64,000 nucleotides of DNA from Gemmatimonadota bacterium. GTDB lineage: Bacteria > Gemmatimonadota > Gemmatimonadetes > Palauibacterales > Palauibacteraceae. The position numbers and the translations under genes were made by a program. The stretch is from contig OY762926.1 in assembly GCA_963666735.1 (NCBI GenBank), positions 544,001 through 608,000 of the forward strand. The letters are read 5' to 3'. The notes beneath the pieces were generated by a model. That model was not told where the DNA came from. It did no database searches and saw only the letters and a program-made list of their open reading frames with translations. Below, piece by piece: positions 53,445 to 62,490 of the stretch. Numbering within the stretch: the stretch's first letter is position 1; each line of letters opens with the position of its first letter.

Positions 53445-56400
53445 ATGCTGAAGCGCGTCGCAGTACCTCTCATCCTCACCTCCCTCCTCCTCCCGGCCCG
53501 GACGGCCGCGCAGGAGGCGGTGGCCGATGAAGACTTCATGGCCGAGATGGCATGGCGTTCCATCGGTCCGGCGAACATGGCCGGACGGGTCACGGACATC
53601 GAAGGGATCCCCGGCACGGGGACCTTCTTCATCGCCGGCGCTACGAGCGGGATCTGGAAGACGACGAACAACGGCACCACCTACCGGCCCGTGTTCGACA
53701 ACGAGCGCGTCGTCTCGATGGGCGACCTCGCGATCGCGCCGAGCAACCCCGACATCGTGTGGGCGGGAACCGGCGAGGAGGACTCGCGCAACTCGATCTC
53801 GCCGGGAGGCGGCATCTACAAGTCCGTCGACGGCGGGCTCACCTGGGAGTTGAAGGGGCTCGAGGCGACGCAGGCGATCGGCCGCATCGTTGTCCACCCG
53901 ACGAAGGCGGACTGGGTGTACGTCGCCGCGCTCGGGCACCCGTGGGGCGCCAACGAGGAGCGCGGCCTGTACCGCACGAAGGACGGCGGCGATACCTGGG
54001 AGCGCGTGAACTTCGTGTCGGAGGACGCCGGGTTCGTCGACATCGACATGCACCCGCGGAACCCGGACATCCTCTGGGCCACGAGTTGGGAGCGCGTGCG
54101 CGGCCCGTACTTCCTGCAGAGCGGCGGCCCCGGCAGCGCGATCTGGAAGTCGACCGACGCGGGCGACACGTGGGAGAAGGTGGAGGGCAACGGCCTCCCG
54201 GAGACCATGCTGGGACGACTCGAGATCGCCATCGCCCCGAGCTATCCCCAGGTCATGTACGCGATGGTCGAGGCGGAGGCTCCGGAGGAGGCCGATGAGG
54301 ATGGCAACCGCCACGCCTCGGGACTCTACCGCTCCGCGGACGGCGGCGAGACGTGGGAGTTCATGAACTCGAACAACTCACGGCCCTTCTACTATTCCGG
54401 CGTCTGGGTGTCGCCGGACGATCCCGACTTCATCTACTGGTCTTCCCTCTTCTTCTCGCGGGACGGGGGCCGCACGGTGGGGAACCCGGCCCAGGGCGTG
54501 CACGTGGACTATCACGCGCTGTGGTGGGATCCGACCGATCCGGATCATTTCATACTGGGCAACGACGGCGGCATAGCGATCACGTGGGACCGGGGCGGCA
54601 ACTTCGAATTCCCGAACCGGATCCCGATGGGGCAATTTTATGCGGTCAGCTACAACATGGACACGCCCTATCGCGTCTGCGGCGGACTGCAGGACAACTA
54701 TACGTGGTGCGGCCCCAGCAGCCGCGCCGGCGGGTCCATCGACAATCACATGTGGTATTCGATCGGGGGCGGCGACGGCTTCTACGCGCCACAGGACCCG
54801 ACGAACCCGGACATCGTGTTCGGGGAATCGCAGCAGGGGCGGATCTACTGGCGGAACACGCGCACGGGCGAGCGGCACCAGCTGCAGCAGCCCGACTGGC
54901 GCGAGCGCACGCAGACGCTGCGCGACTCGATCGCGATCCTGACGGGGGACGACCCGGACAATCCTCCTCCGGCGAACGTGGCGCAGATCGAGGAGTTGCA
55001 GGCTCTGGTCGCGCAGGACTCGGCGCTGTACGACATGCGGTTCAACTGGAACACGCCGCTGGAAATGTCGCCGCACGATCCGCAGACGCTCTACATCGGA
55101 GCGAACCGGGTCCTGAAGTGGACGTACGACACGGATGAGATGACGCCGATCTCCGACGACCTCACCTACGCGGATCCGGAGAAGATCGAGATCGCCTACA
55201 ACACGACGGGCGGCATCACCCCGGACGTCACGGGGGCGGAGAACTTCGCCACGATCGTCTCGCTCGCCGAGTCGAAGATCAACGAGGGCGAACTCTATGC
55301 GGGGACGGACGATGGCCGCGTCTGGCGGACGCCGGAGGGGGCGGAGTGGATCGAACTCACCGATCGCTTCGAGGGCGTGCCGGAGGGCACGTACGTGAGC
55401 CGGATCGAGCCGTCGAGCCACGACCCGAACCGCTTCTACGTGACCTTCGACAACCACCGGCGCGACGACTACACGCCGTACGTCTACGCCACGGATGACG
55501 CCGGGGAGAGCTTCCGCTCGATCTCGGCGAACCTCCCCACCGGGGCGCCGGACTTCGTGCACGTGGTCCGGGAAGACCCGGTGAACCCGGATCTCCTCTT
55601 CGTGGGGACGGACGTGGGGGCCTATGTCTCCACGGACCGGGGCGGGTCGTGGTCGCGCTTCATGAACGGGCTGCCCACGGTGCCGGTCCACGACCTGAAG
55701 ATCCATCCGCGCGAGAGCGAGATCATCGCGGGCACGCACGGCCGCTCGATTTTCGTGGCGGACATCTCGCTCCTGCAGCAGCTCGAGGGCGGTCGGATGC
55801 CCGAGGCGGTCACGGTGTTCCAGCCGAAGACGGCGATCCAGTACGGAGATTCGCCGGTCGGCGGCGAATTCGTCGCGCAGAGCAACTTCCAGGCGGACGC
55901 GGGCGACTACGGGGCGCAGATCTCCTACTACGTCCCGGAGGATGTTGCGGAAGGGCTGGCCGAGGCGGCCGAGGCGGCCGCGGCAGAAGCAGAAGCGGGG
56001 GCAGAAGCGGAGGCTGAAGAGGCCGAGGAAGGAGCCGAAGAAGAAGCCGAAGAAGAAGCCGAAGAAGAGGAAGCCGCGGAGGCGCCTCGCGGGCCGCGGG
56101 GTGGAAGCGCGCGCCCGCAGGCCTCGATCGCGATCCTCAATGCCGCGGGGGATACCGTGCAGACGATGAACGGCCCGGCCACCGCCGGCCTACAGCGGGT
56201 GCGGTGGACGTTCAACCGGCGATCGGCGCCTCGGGATCCGTCTCCCGCGGACCGGCTGGACAGCCTTCGCACCGCGCGCATGTACGAGGCGGTCGGGGAT
56301 TCGCTGGTCGAGCATGGGGGGGTCGCGCGGGAGACGATGGACCAGGTGCTCTCGATGATGCAGGGCGGCAACCAGGGCGCGATCATCCGCATGTTCGGCG

Positions 56401-56792
56401 GCGGAGGAGGTGGAGGAGGCGGTGCCGGTGACGACTGGCAGGAGCGGCCGGCCGAGCGCTATCCGCCGCCTGGACAGGCGGGGCGGGGCGGAGGCCGGGG
56501 AGGGGGCCGCACCGCGGCAATGGCTGCCGCCGCGGCGGCCGCGAGCGGCGCCGACCCCGCGGCCATGCGCACCGTCTTCCAGCAGGTGGCCGAAGCCGTG
56601 CGCGAGCGCGGCGGCATGTCGACCTTCCGCCGCTTCTTCGGCGGGGGCGGCGGCGGGGGCGGCCTGGCCGATCCCGGCACCTACACCGTGGCGATCACGA
56701 TCGGCGACGAAACCCATACGATCCCGCTGGACGTGGTACGGAAGGAAGGTTTCGGGTTCTGGGACGAGCCCGACGGAGAGGACGACCGTTAG
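53445..56792 (+). CDS. secreted BNR/Asp-box (VPS10/sortilin-like) beta-propeller protein, glycosyl hydrolase-like
   Basis: Signal peptide, WRSIGPANMAGRV, repeated S/T-x-D-G-G-x-T-W Asp-boxes, GGLQDN, GTHGRS; Glu/Ala-rich and Gly-rich linkers. Confidence 0.88.
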   Translation: MLKRVAVPLILTSLLLPARTAAQEAVADEDFMAEMAWRSIGPANMAGRVTDIEGIPGTGTFFIAGATSGIWKTTNNGTTYRPVFDNERVVSMGDLAIAPSNPDIVWAGTGEEDSRNSISPGGGIYKSVDGGLTWELKGLEATQAIGRIVVHPTKADWVYVAALGHPWGANEERGLYRTKDGGDTWERVNFVSEDAGFVDIDMHPRNPDILWATSWERVRGPYFLQSGGPGSAIWKSTDAGDTWEKVEGNGLPETMLGRLEIAIAPSYPQVMYAMVEAEAPEEADEDGNRHASGLYRSADGGETWEFMNSNNSRPFYYSGVWVSPDDPDFIYWSSLFFSRDGGRTVGNPAQGVHVDYHALWWDPTDPDHFILGNDGGIAITWDRGGNFEFPNRIPMGQFYAVSYNMDTPYRVCGGLQDNYTWCGPSSRAGGSIDNHMWYSIGGGDGFYAPQDPTNPDIVFGESQQGRIYWRNTRTGERHQLQQPDWRERTQTLRDSIAILTGDDPDNPPPANVAQIEELQALVAQDSALYDMRFNWNTPLEMSPHDPQTLYIGANRVLKWTYDTDEMTPISDDLTYADPEKIEIAYNTTGGITPDVTGAENFATIVSLAESKINEGELYAGTDDGRVWRTPEGAEWIELTDRFEGVPEGTYVSRIEPSSHDPNRFYVTFDNHRRDDYTPYVYATDDAGESFRSISANLPTGAPDFVHVVREDPVNPDLLFVGTDVGAYVSTDRGGSWSRFMNGLPTVPVHDLKIHPRESEIIAGTHGRSIFVADISLLQQLEGGRMPEAVTVFQPKTAIQYGDSPVGGEFVAQSNFQADAGDYGAQISYYVPEDVAEGLAEAAEAAAAEAEAGAEAEAEEAEEGAEEEAEEEAEEEEAAEAPRGPRGGSARPQASIAILNAAGDTVQTMNGPATAGLQRVRWTFNRRSAPRDPSPADRLDSLRTARMYEAVGDSLVEHGGVARETMDQVLSMMQGGNQGAIIRMFGGGGGGGGGAGDDWQERPAERYPPPGQAGRGGGRGGGRTAAMAAAAAAASGADPAAMRTVFQQVAEAVRERGGMSTFRRFFGGGGGGGGLADPGTYTVAITIGDETHTIPLDVVRKEGFGFWDEPDGEDDR

Positions 56793-56914
56793 GTTAGGGG
56801 GCCGTGGCTCCGGTGGCCCGCCGGAGCGGCAAACGTTCGCCGCTCCGGCGGTGTCGCACGACGCGGTAGTTTTCAGCGGCGGACCCGCGGACCTCCGGAG
56901 ACCGGGACGGGCGG

Positions 56915-58420
56915 ATGATGACGAACAGAGAGGGGAACGGCGCGTCGATCCTGGAGAAGATCCGGAAGCGGCGGATGGTGCAGATCGCGCTCGTATATGT
57001 GGGTGCGGCCTGGCTCGGCGTGGAGATCACCGACTTCATCGTCGGAACCTACGCGTTCTCGAGGAAGATCCTCGACACGGTTGTCTTCCTCGCGATCCTG
57101 GGTTTTCCCGCGTTTCTCGTCATCGGCTGGTTTCATGGCGAACGGGGACCGCAGCGCATCCGCCGGGCGGAAGCCTGGCTCCTGGTCACTCTGGTCACGT
57201 TGGGCGCGATCGGCACCTACCGGATCGCGACCGCCGAACCGGACGCCGGGGGCGTCGCCGAGATGGCAACGCCAGCCACCGTCGCGGATGGTGTGGACGA
57301 TCGCGGAGACGGGCTGGAGTTCGCGGGTTCGACGCCCGACCTGGGGCAAAACTCGCTCGCGGTCCTGCCCTTCCGGAACAACGTGCCCGATCCGGAACTC
57401 GAATGGCTCGGCTCCGGGCTCGCGGACCTGCTCACGACGAACCTGGCGCAACTCCCCGATCTGCTCGTGGTCGGCCGGCAGAGCCTCTACGACCTCATCA
57501 CGGAAGGCGGGCTCTCCGAGGAAGACGAAATACCGGAGTCGCTGGCGCTGACCGTCGCGCGCGGGGCCGGCGCCAGGCTGCTGCTGTGGGGAAGCGTGAC
57601 GGGAACCGCCGGCGACATGCGCATCGACGCGCAGCTGATCGAACTCGAAAACGGCACGGTGGCCTCGGCCGACTTCGCCCGGGGCAGCGACGTGTTCGAA
57701 CTCGTGGATACGCTGACGGTGCGTCTCGCTTCCCACCTCTCGGGTCTCTCGGGTGCGCCGCTGCCGGCCGAGGTCGCGCGCATCAGCCACCTGGGGACGC
57801 GGGACCTGGAGGCGTGGGCCGCGTTCCACCGCGGCAACGCCCTCGCGAGGGCCGGCGACCTGGAGGAGGCCGAAGCCCACTACGAGCGGGCGGCCGAGAT
57901 CGACACCGCCTTCGCGCTCCCGCTGCTGGCCTCGCGCGAGGAGGCCGAGTCGTGGCGGCAGTTCGGTCCGGAGTGGCGGGCGGACTGGTTCGATTTCAGG
58001 CTGGACGATGTGGATCCCGCGACGGTGGATCCGGTCGATCTCGGGCGCGCATTCGCCGTCGGCCTCGTGGAGGCCGAGGATTTGAACATCATCGTACAAA
58101 CAGGGGAGTTCGACGAGGACGATCTCGCCGACCTGGAACGGGGCCGTTCGGAGGCCGAACGCCGGCGCGCCGACCGGCGGGAACGGCACGCGGTCCAACT
58201 CTTTCGCCGATTGCCGGAGCATCTGAAGAGGCAGCTCGAAGGACTGAACGGGGAGGAGTTGCGCGTCACCCTCGACTCCCTCACGGGCCGCGCGAGATCC
58301 GCCGTCCGCCTCCTGTTCGAAGAACCGTCGCGCGGCGCGGCCCCGGCCGGCCTGCCGCCGGACTCACTGCGGCACGCGCCGGATTCATTGCGCCGCCCGG
58401 AGCCGGAAAGACGCCGGTAG
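56915..58420 (+). CDS. membrane protein with 3 N-terminal TMs, a TolB-N/FlgO-like domain and TPR
   Basis: RRMVQIALVYVGAAWL TM module, SLAVLPFRN...GLADLLTTNL...LWGSV...RIDAQL, then TPR-like AEAHYERAAEIDTAFA. Confidence 0.75.
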   Translation: MMTNREGNGASILEKIRKRRMVQIALVYVGAAWLGVEITDFIVGTYAFSRKILDTVVFLAILGFPAFLVIGWFHGERGPQRIRRAEAWLLVTLVTLGAIGTYRIATAEPDAGGVAEMATPATVADGVDDRGDGLEFAGSTPDLGQNSLAVLPFRNNVPDPELEWLGSGLADLLTTNLAQLPDLLVVGRQSLYDLITEGGLSEEDEIPESLALTVARGAGARLLLWGSVTGTAGDMRIDAQLIELENGTVASADFARGSDVFELVDTLTVRLASHLSGLSGAPLPAEVARISHLGTRDLEAWAAFHRGNALARAGDLEEAEAHYERAAEIDTAFALPLLASREEAESWRQFGPEWRADWFDFRLDDVDPATVDPVDLGRAFAVGLVEAEDLNIIVQTGEFDEDDLADLERGRSEAERRRADRRERHAVQLFRRLPEHLKRQLEGLNGEELRVTLDSLTGRARSAVRLLFEEPSRGAAPAGLPPDSLRHAPDSLRRPEPERRR

Positions 58421-58472
58421 CGGCGGAACGCACGGTGGGAGAGCGCGGAGCGCGTACGCCGGCTCGTCGGGA

Positions 58473-60260
58473 TTAGGTCATGGCCGACCGTCGGTGCTGG
58501 GGCATCGAGGCGACGACGACCTCGCGGCGGGCGGCGTCCCAGAAGTAGTAGATGCGCAGGCAGCGCCGGGGGTCGCGCGTGTTCCCACCGTTCTTGAGGT
58601 GCCAGTCCACCCGGTGCCGTTCGCCGCGCCAGTCGAAGTCGAAGCTGTCGCCCCCGCAGCGCTGGTTGCGGATGCCGTCCGCGAGTCCCGGGATCATGCC
58701 GTAAAGATGGCCCTCTCCGCCTCCCAGGCGCGCCTCGCGGTATTCGTTGCCGAGCCAGTGAAGACAGACCGCCGCCAGCCCCACATCTTCGAACAGGGCC
58801 CTGTTCAGACTGCGCCGCACCGCATCGGCGAGCACGACGCGGCCCTCCAGGGCCGAGGCGCACCAAGTAACGACGTCGTCCCAGCCCACCGGGAACGGCG
58901 CCTTCGGATTTCCGCCGGCGAGCCGCACCAGACCCTCCAGCCGGCGCGCCTCCCGCTCCGCGCTCTCGCGCTCCACTCGCGCGGTCGCCTCCATCTCTCT
59001 GGCCCGGTCGCGTTCGCGCGCCAGCGTCTCGCCTCTCTTCCGCGCCGCCTTCAGGTCGCGCCGTAGGCCGGAGAGTTCGTCACGGAGCGCCGCGCCTTCG
59101 GTCTTCGCGGTCTCTGTTTCCGCGGGCGCCCGCACTTCCGGCCCGGTTCCGGCGGACGACATTCCCGCGCCCGAGCCGGGCGCGCGCGTCGTCGCCGGTC
59201 CGTACGAGCGTCGCCGTCCAATCCACCGCCGCGGCGGCCCGGCCAGCCGGGCCGCGCCGGCCGACACGGTGGCCGGGAGACGCCGCCACGGCCTGGCGAG
59301 GCGGAGCGCGGCCTCGGCCAACCGCGCTTCGGGAGGAAGAACCGTATCGAAGCGGATGCCTTCCGCCGCGGCGGTTCGCACATGGTGGTCGCCGGCGATC
59401 CGGAGGATCTCCTGCGTGGTCCGCTCGAGGCCGGCATCCGTTTCCACGCGCTCGCGCAGGTACACGGGATGGTCGAAGCGCCGGGCGGTGCGGCTGAAGC
59501 CGGGCAGGTACACCCGCCAGGCGCCGTCGTACACCGAGAGCGTCTTCGTGACGGTATCGCTCAGCGTGTACGTGAACCGTTGCGGAAGCACGGTCACGGT
59601 GGCCAGTCCGGTCAGCGCGCGAGCCACCCGTGCCGACCGTTCCAGCAGTGCGTGCGCATCGCCCCCGTACGTGGGTTCCGTGATGACGACGACCGGAAGC
59701 GGACGCGCCGGATCGACGAGCGCCGCGATGAACTCCTGCATCGCCTGTGGCGTCCACACCGCCGCAGCGTCGAGAACCAGCGCTTCCCCGCCCAGAACGA
59801 GGGGAGCGGCCCCGGCGATATGGCGCAACACGTCCGGAGGAAGGGTCTCCGGCGCCTGGCCGGACGACGCCGGCCAGTCCGGGACGCGGGCCCCGACCGT
59901 CGGTTCCGCCCCGTCGCCGGGCGCCGCGACGACGAGTTCCGTCACCGAGGCGCGGTCGGTCCCCGCGCCCAACTCCACGCGCGCCGCCCAGAAGTCCCCG
60001 CGGCCGCTACGCTCGCGGACCCCCCGGCAACGCGACTCTCCATCGTCGTACTGGAACGACCGGTGCCGCGCCGCCCTTCGCGGCAACTCGCCGCCGAGGC
60101 GGTGCCCGACCCAGCCCATGGCCGCCGTGCGGCATTCGCGGAGAGCGGGGCGCCCGTCCGCGCCATCGGCGATTTGCGCCGTCACGTGCAGGGCCCGACC
60201 CTTGGCGGCGAGTTCCCACGCCCCCAGTTGCTCAAGGGAGGTGAACGTCGATCCCGTCAC
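58473..60260 (-). CDS. hypothetical protein with a central coiled coil and a C-terminal RelE-like domain (candidate defence effector)
   Basis: Long ORF with DPARPLPVVVIT, SVYDGAWRVYLPGF, coiled coil LRDELSGLRRDLKAARKR and C-terminal WHLKNGGNTRDPRRCLRIYYFWD...VVVASMPQH. Start uncertain (GTG 60260 or 60326). Confidence 0.7.
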   Translation of the reverse strand: MTGSTFTSLEQLGAWELAAKGRALHVTAQIADGADGRPALRECRTAAMGWVGHRLGGELPRRAARHRSFQYDDGESRCRGVRERSGRGDFWAARVELGAGTDRASVTELVVAAPGDGAEPTVGARVPDWPASSGQAPETLPPDVLRHIAGAAPLVLGGEALVLDAAAVWTPQAMQEFIAALVDPARPLPVVVITEPTYGGDAHALLERSARVARALTGLATVTVLPQRFTYTLSDTVTKTLSVYDGAWRVYLPGFSRTARRFDHPVYLRERVETDAGLERTTQEILRIAGDHHVRTAAAEGIRFDTVLPPEARLAEAALRLARPWRRLPATVSAGAARLAGPPRRWIGRRRSYGPATTRAPGSGAGMSSAGTGPEVRAPAETETAKTEGAALRDELSGLRRDLKAARKRGETLARERDRAREMEATARVERESAEREARRLEGLVRLAGGNPKAPFPVGWDDVVTWCASALEGRVVLADAVRRSLNRALFEDVGLAAVCLHWLGNEYREARLGGGEGHLYGMIPGLADGIRNQRCGGDSFDFDWRGERHRVDWHLKNGGNTRDPRRCLRIYYFWDAARREVVVASMPQHRRSAMT

Positions 60261-60489
60261 AGTAGCAAAACCTTCACAAGTGTCTTCGGCAACAGGGGCG
60301 CCGCGCCGTTTGCGCGACGGCAGCACGCAATAAAACCGACAATATCAATCGTGGCCGGCCTCGCCCGCGCCGCTAACGCCAACGGCTGGCGGGGGAGGCA
60401 CCCACGCAGGGGAATATTACTGCGGCGGCGGCGATGGCGGCAGGTGGACGCTGAGCGGTCCACCGAACGAGGCTGGGCCGCCGGACTTC

Positions 60490-62232
60490 CTACACGTCGT
60501 TGACGAGTCTGTACTCGATGAGCGCGGACTGGCCGACGATGCTCACGATCCGGATGAGCCGCTCGGCGCCGTCGGGGTCGGTGACTCGCAGTTGCTCCCC
60601 CGGTAGGAAGGCGACGGGCTCACGCCGTCCCTCGTTGATGGCGAGGTTGGTTGCGTAAAGGTAGGTGCGGTCGAGCTTGTCCCGGATCGGGTTGAGCCTG
60701 CCCTTCAGGCCGGGGATCTTGCCCGTGCGTTCGGGAAAGATCACCGACCCACCGTCCGGCAGCACCGAGAGTTCGATATCCAGTGGATCGTCGCCGGGAA
60801 TCCATGCGGTCTCGACATGCGCGGCGTATCCCGCGGCGGCGGCGAAGACCGTCATCGGAAGCTCGGTGGTGTGAAGATCGACGGCGGTCTCGCCGCTTTC
60901 GCCGGTGGTTCCCGTCTTCCAGGTCTCGTTGGGGAACAGGACGAGCAGGTCGATGCCGGGCAACGGCGTACCGGCCTCGCTCGCGCGGATCACGGCGGTC
61001 GCCGGCGTCGGCGCGGTGGGCGCGGCGGGAATCGTGAGGAACAGGTCCGCGTCGTCGACGAGCCGGTACCGGGGCTCCTTGCCGCTCAGGCCGCGCGTCT
61101 CGCGCAGAATCGTCGGAACCCCGTCTCCTCTCCGTTCCATGAAGAACTGTCGCCCGCCCGAACAGAGGATCTTTCCCACCGGCATGCGGCCCAGCATGGA
61201 GGCGAGCGTCTGGTTACGGGTCGCCTGCCGGGTAGCCATGCTCTCGACGGTGAGGTTGTTCGGAAGGGCGCCGGGGGAGTTGATCTCGATTCGGTCGGAG
61301 AACATCGAGAGCCGAATGCGGCTGCCGCGAATCGAGTAGTCCCGGTGCGCAACGGCGTTGACGATGGCTTCGAACAAGGCCTTCTCGCTGTACTGCGGCA
61401 GATCGACGCGCGCGGGCTGTTTGTGCGCGCCGACTCGCATATTGCGGACGGCGAAGTTGACGGCTTCCGCGATCTGGCGCTGCAGCGGCCCGGTAATCGT
61501 CTGGGCGTCCAGCTGGCCGGAGCCCCTGTCCACACCCCGGTACTGCGTCGCGCTGATGCAGGCGTTCGGCAGCCATGCCTCCGGGGCCGCGGCGCACAAC
61601 AGCACTCCGGCCACCGTGGCGCGGCGGATCCCGCTTTCGTCGCGAGTCATAACTCCCATTTTTTCGAGCGCCAGCTTTGGGTCGGCGGCGCCCTCGGCAC
61701 TGAGCAGCGGTCCCCAGAGTTCCTCGTCGAGCGTGCCGAAGCCGGTGCCCGGAACAGGCTGTTCGTCGAACCACAGGAAACGCGCCTGCGACCGGCGCTG
61801 GGCGAGACGCAATCCCTCGTCGCTTGTCATCCTGCGCTTGGAACTGCCGATGCGGCGGAACGCCCCCCCCGGACTTTCATGCAGCGCGTAACCGGGCGGG
61901 ACCTCCACAAGAAGAAGCGCCCTGCCGTCGACCTCCGCACGGAACGTCGTGACCTCGATGGACGGCCTTACCGTGTCGGTACAGAGGTTGACGACGAATT
62001 CCTCAAGCGCATCCATCTCGCCGCGCGTCATTCCTTGAATCTGGCCGGAGTCGGTGACGCCGCAGAACATCACGCCGCCCCGCGCGTTGGCGAACGCCGC
62101 CAGTTCGTCGGCGATGCTCCTTCTCTCCGGGCGCACCGGACGGTTGCCGCGGAACTCGAACTCCTTGAATTCCGTGCGGCTGTCTTCGCCCAGGCGGAGC
62201 CGTTGCCGGATCTCGTTTTCGTCGAATGTCAT
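60490..62232 (-). CDS. Schlafen/AlbA_2 domain plus HATPase_c_4-like protein with a beta-rich C-terminal extension
   Basis: GEDSRTEFKE...ELAAFANARGG...GVTD (AlbA_2); EAIVNAVAHRDYS...EINSPG...RNQTL...ERRGDG (HATPase_c_4). ATG 62232. Confidence 0.88.
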   Translation of the reverse strand: MTFDENEIRQRLRLGEDSRTEFKEFEFRGNRPVRPERRSIADELAAFANARGGVMFCGVTDSGQIQGMTRGEMDALEEFVVNLCTDTVRPSIEVTTFRAEVDGRALLLVEVPPGYALHESPGGAFRRIGSSKRRMTSDEGLRLAQRRSQARFLWFDEQPVPGTGFGTLDEELWGPLLSAEGAADPKLALEKMGVMTRDESGIRRATVAGVLLCAAAPEAWLPNACISATQYRGVDRGSGQLDAQTITGPLQRQIAEAVNFAVRNMRVGAHKQPARVDLPQYSEKALFEAIVNAVAHRDYSIRGSRIRLSMFSDRIEINSPGALPNNLTVESMATRQATRNQTLASMLGRMPVGKILCSGGRQFFMERRGDGVPTILRETRGLSGKEPRYRLVDDADLFLTIPAAPTAPTPATAVIRASEAGTPLPGIDLLVLFPNETWKTGTTGESGETAVDLHTTELPMTVFAAAAGYAAHVETAWIPGDDPLDIELSVLPDGGSVIFPERTGKIPGLKGRLNPIRDKLDRTYLYATNLAINEGRREPVAFLPGEQLRVTDPDGAERLIRIVSIVGQSALIEYRLVNDV

Positions 62233-62490
62233 GGGCCTGCCCCGAGCCGGTCCTCGCGCACCTTGCACGGGTGCGAACTCTGGCGGAAGGTAACGGCCCG
62301 AGCGCGCCGAGTGGTAGCGTCGTGAAACACTCCGCGTGCCGCTGGGGGGACGCTTGACCATCGTGAGCTCGGGCCCCCGATGGCTGGACGAGGGCAGTGA
62401 CGACGGCAATATTCCAAGGGACATTGAGGAGGACGGGTGCGCCTCGCCTGCCCAAGGGCGGCGGCGTCCTCGGAACACCAGGGAGGCCAC

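Noticed and set aside
55960..56085. GAA/GAG-rich low-complexity tract
   Set aside because: It encodes a Glu/Ala linker within the BNR protein and is not a separate element.
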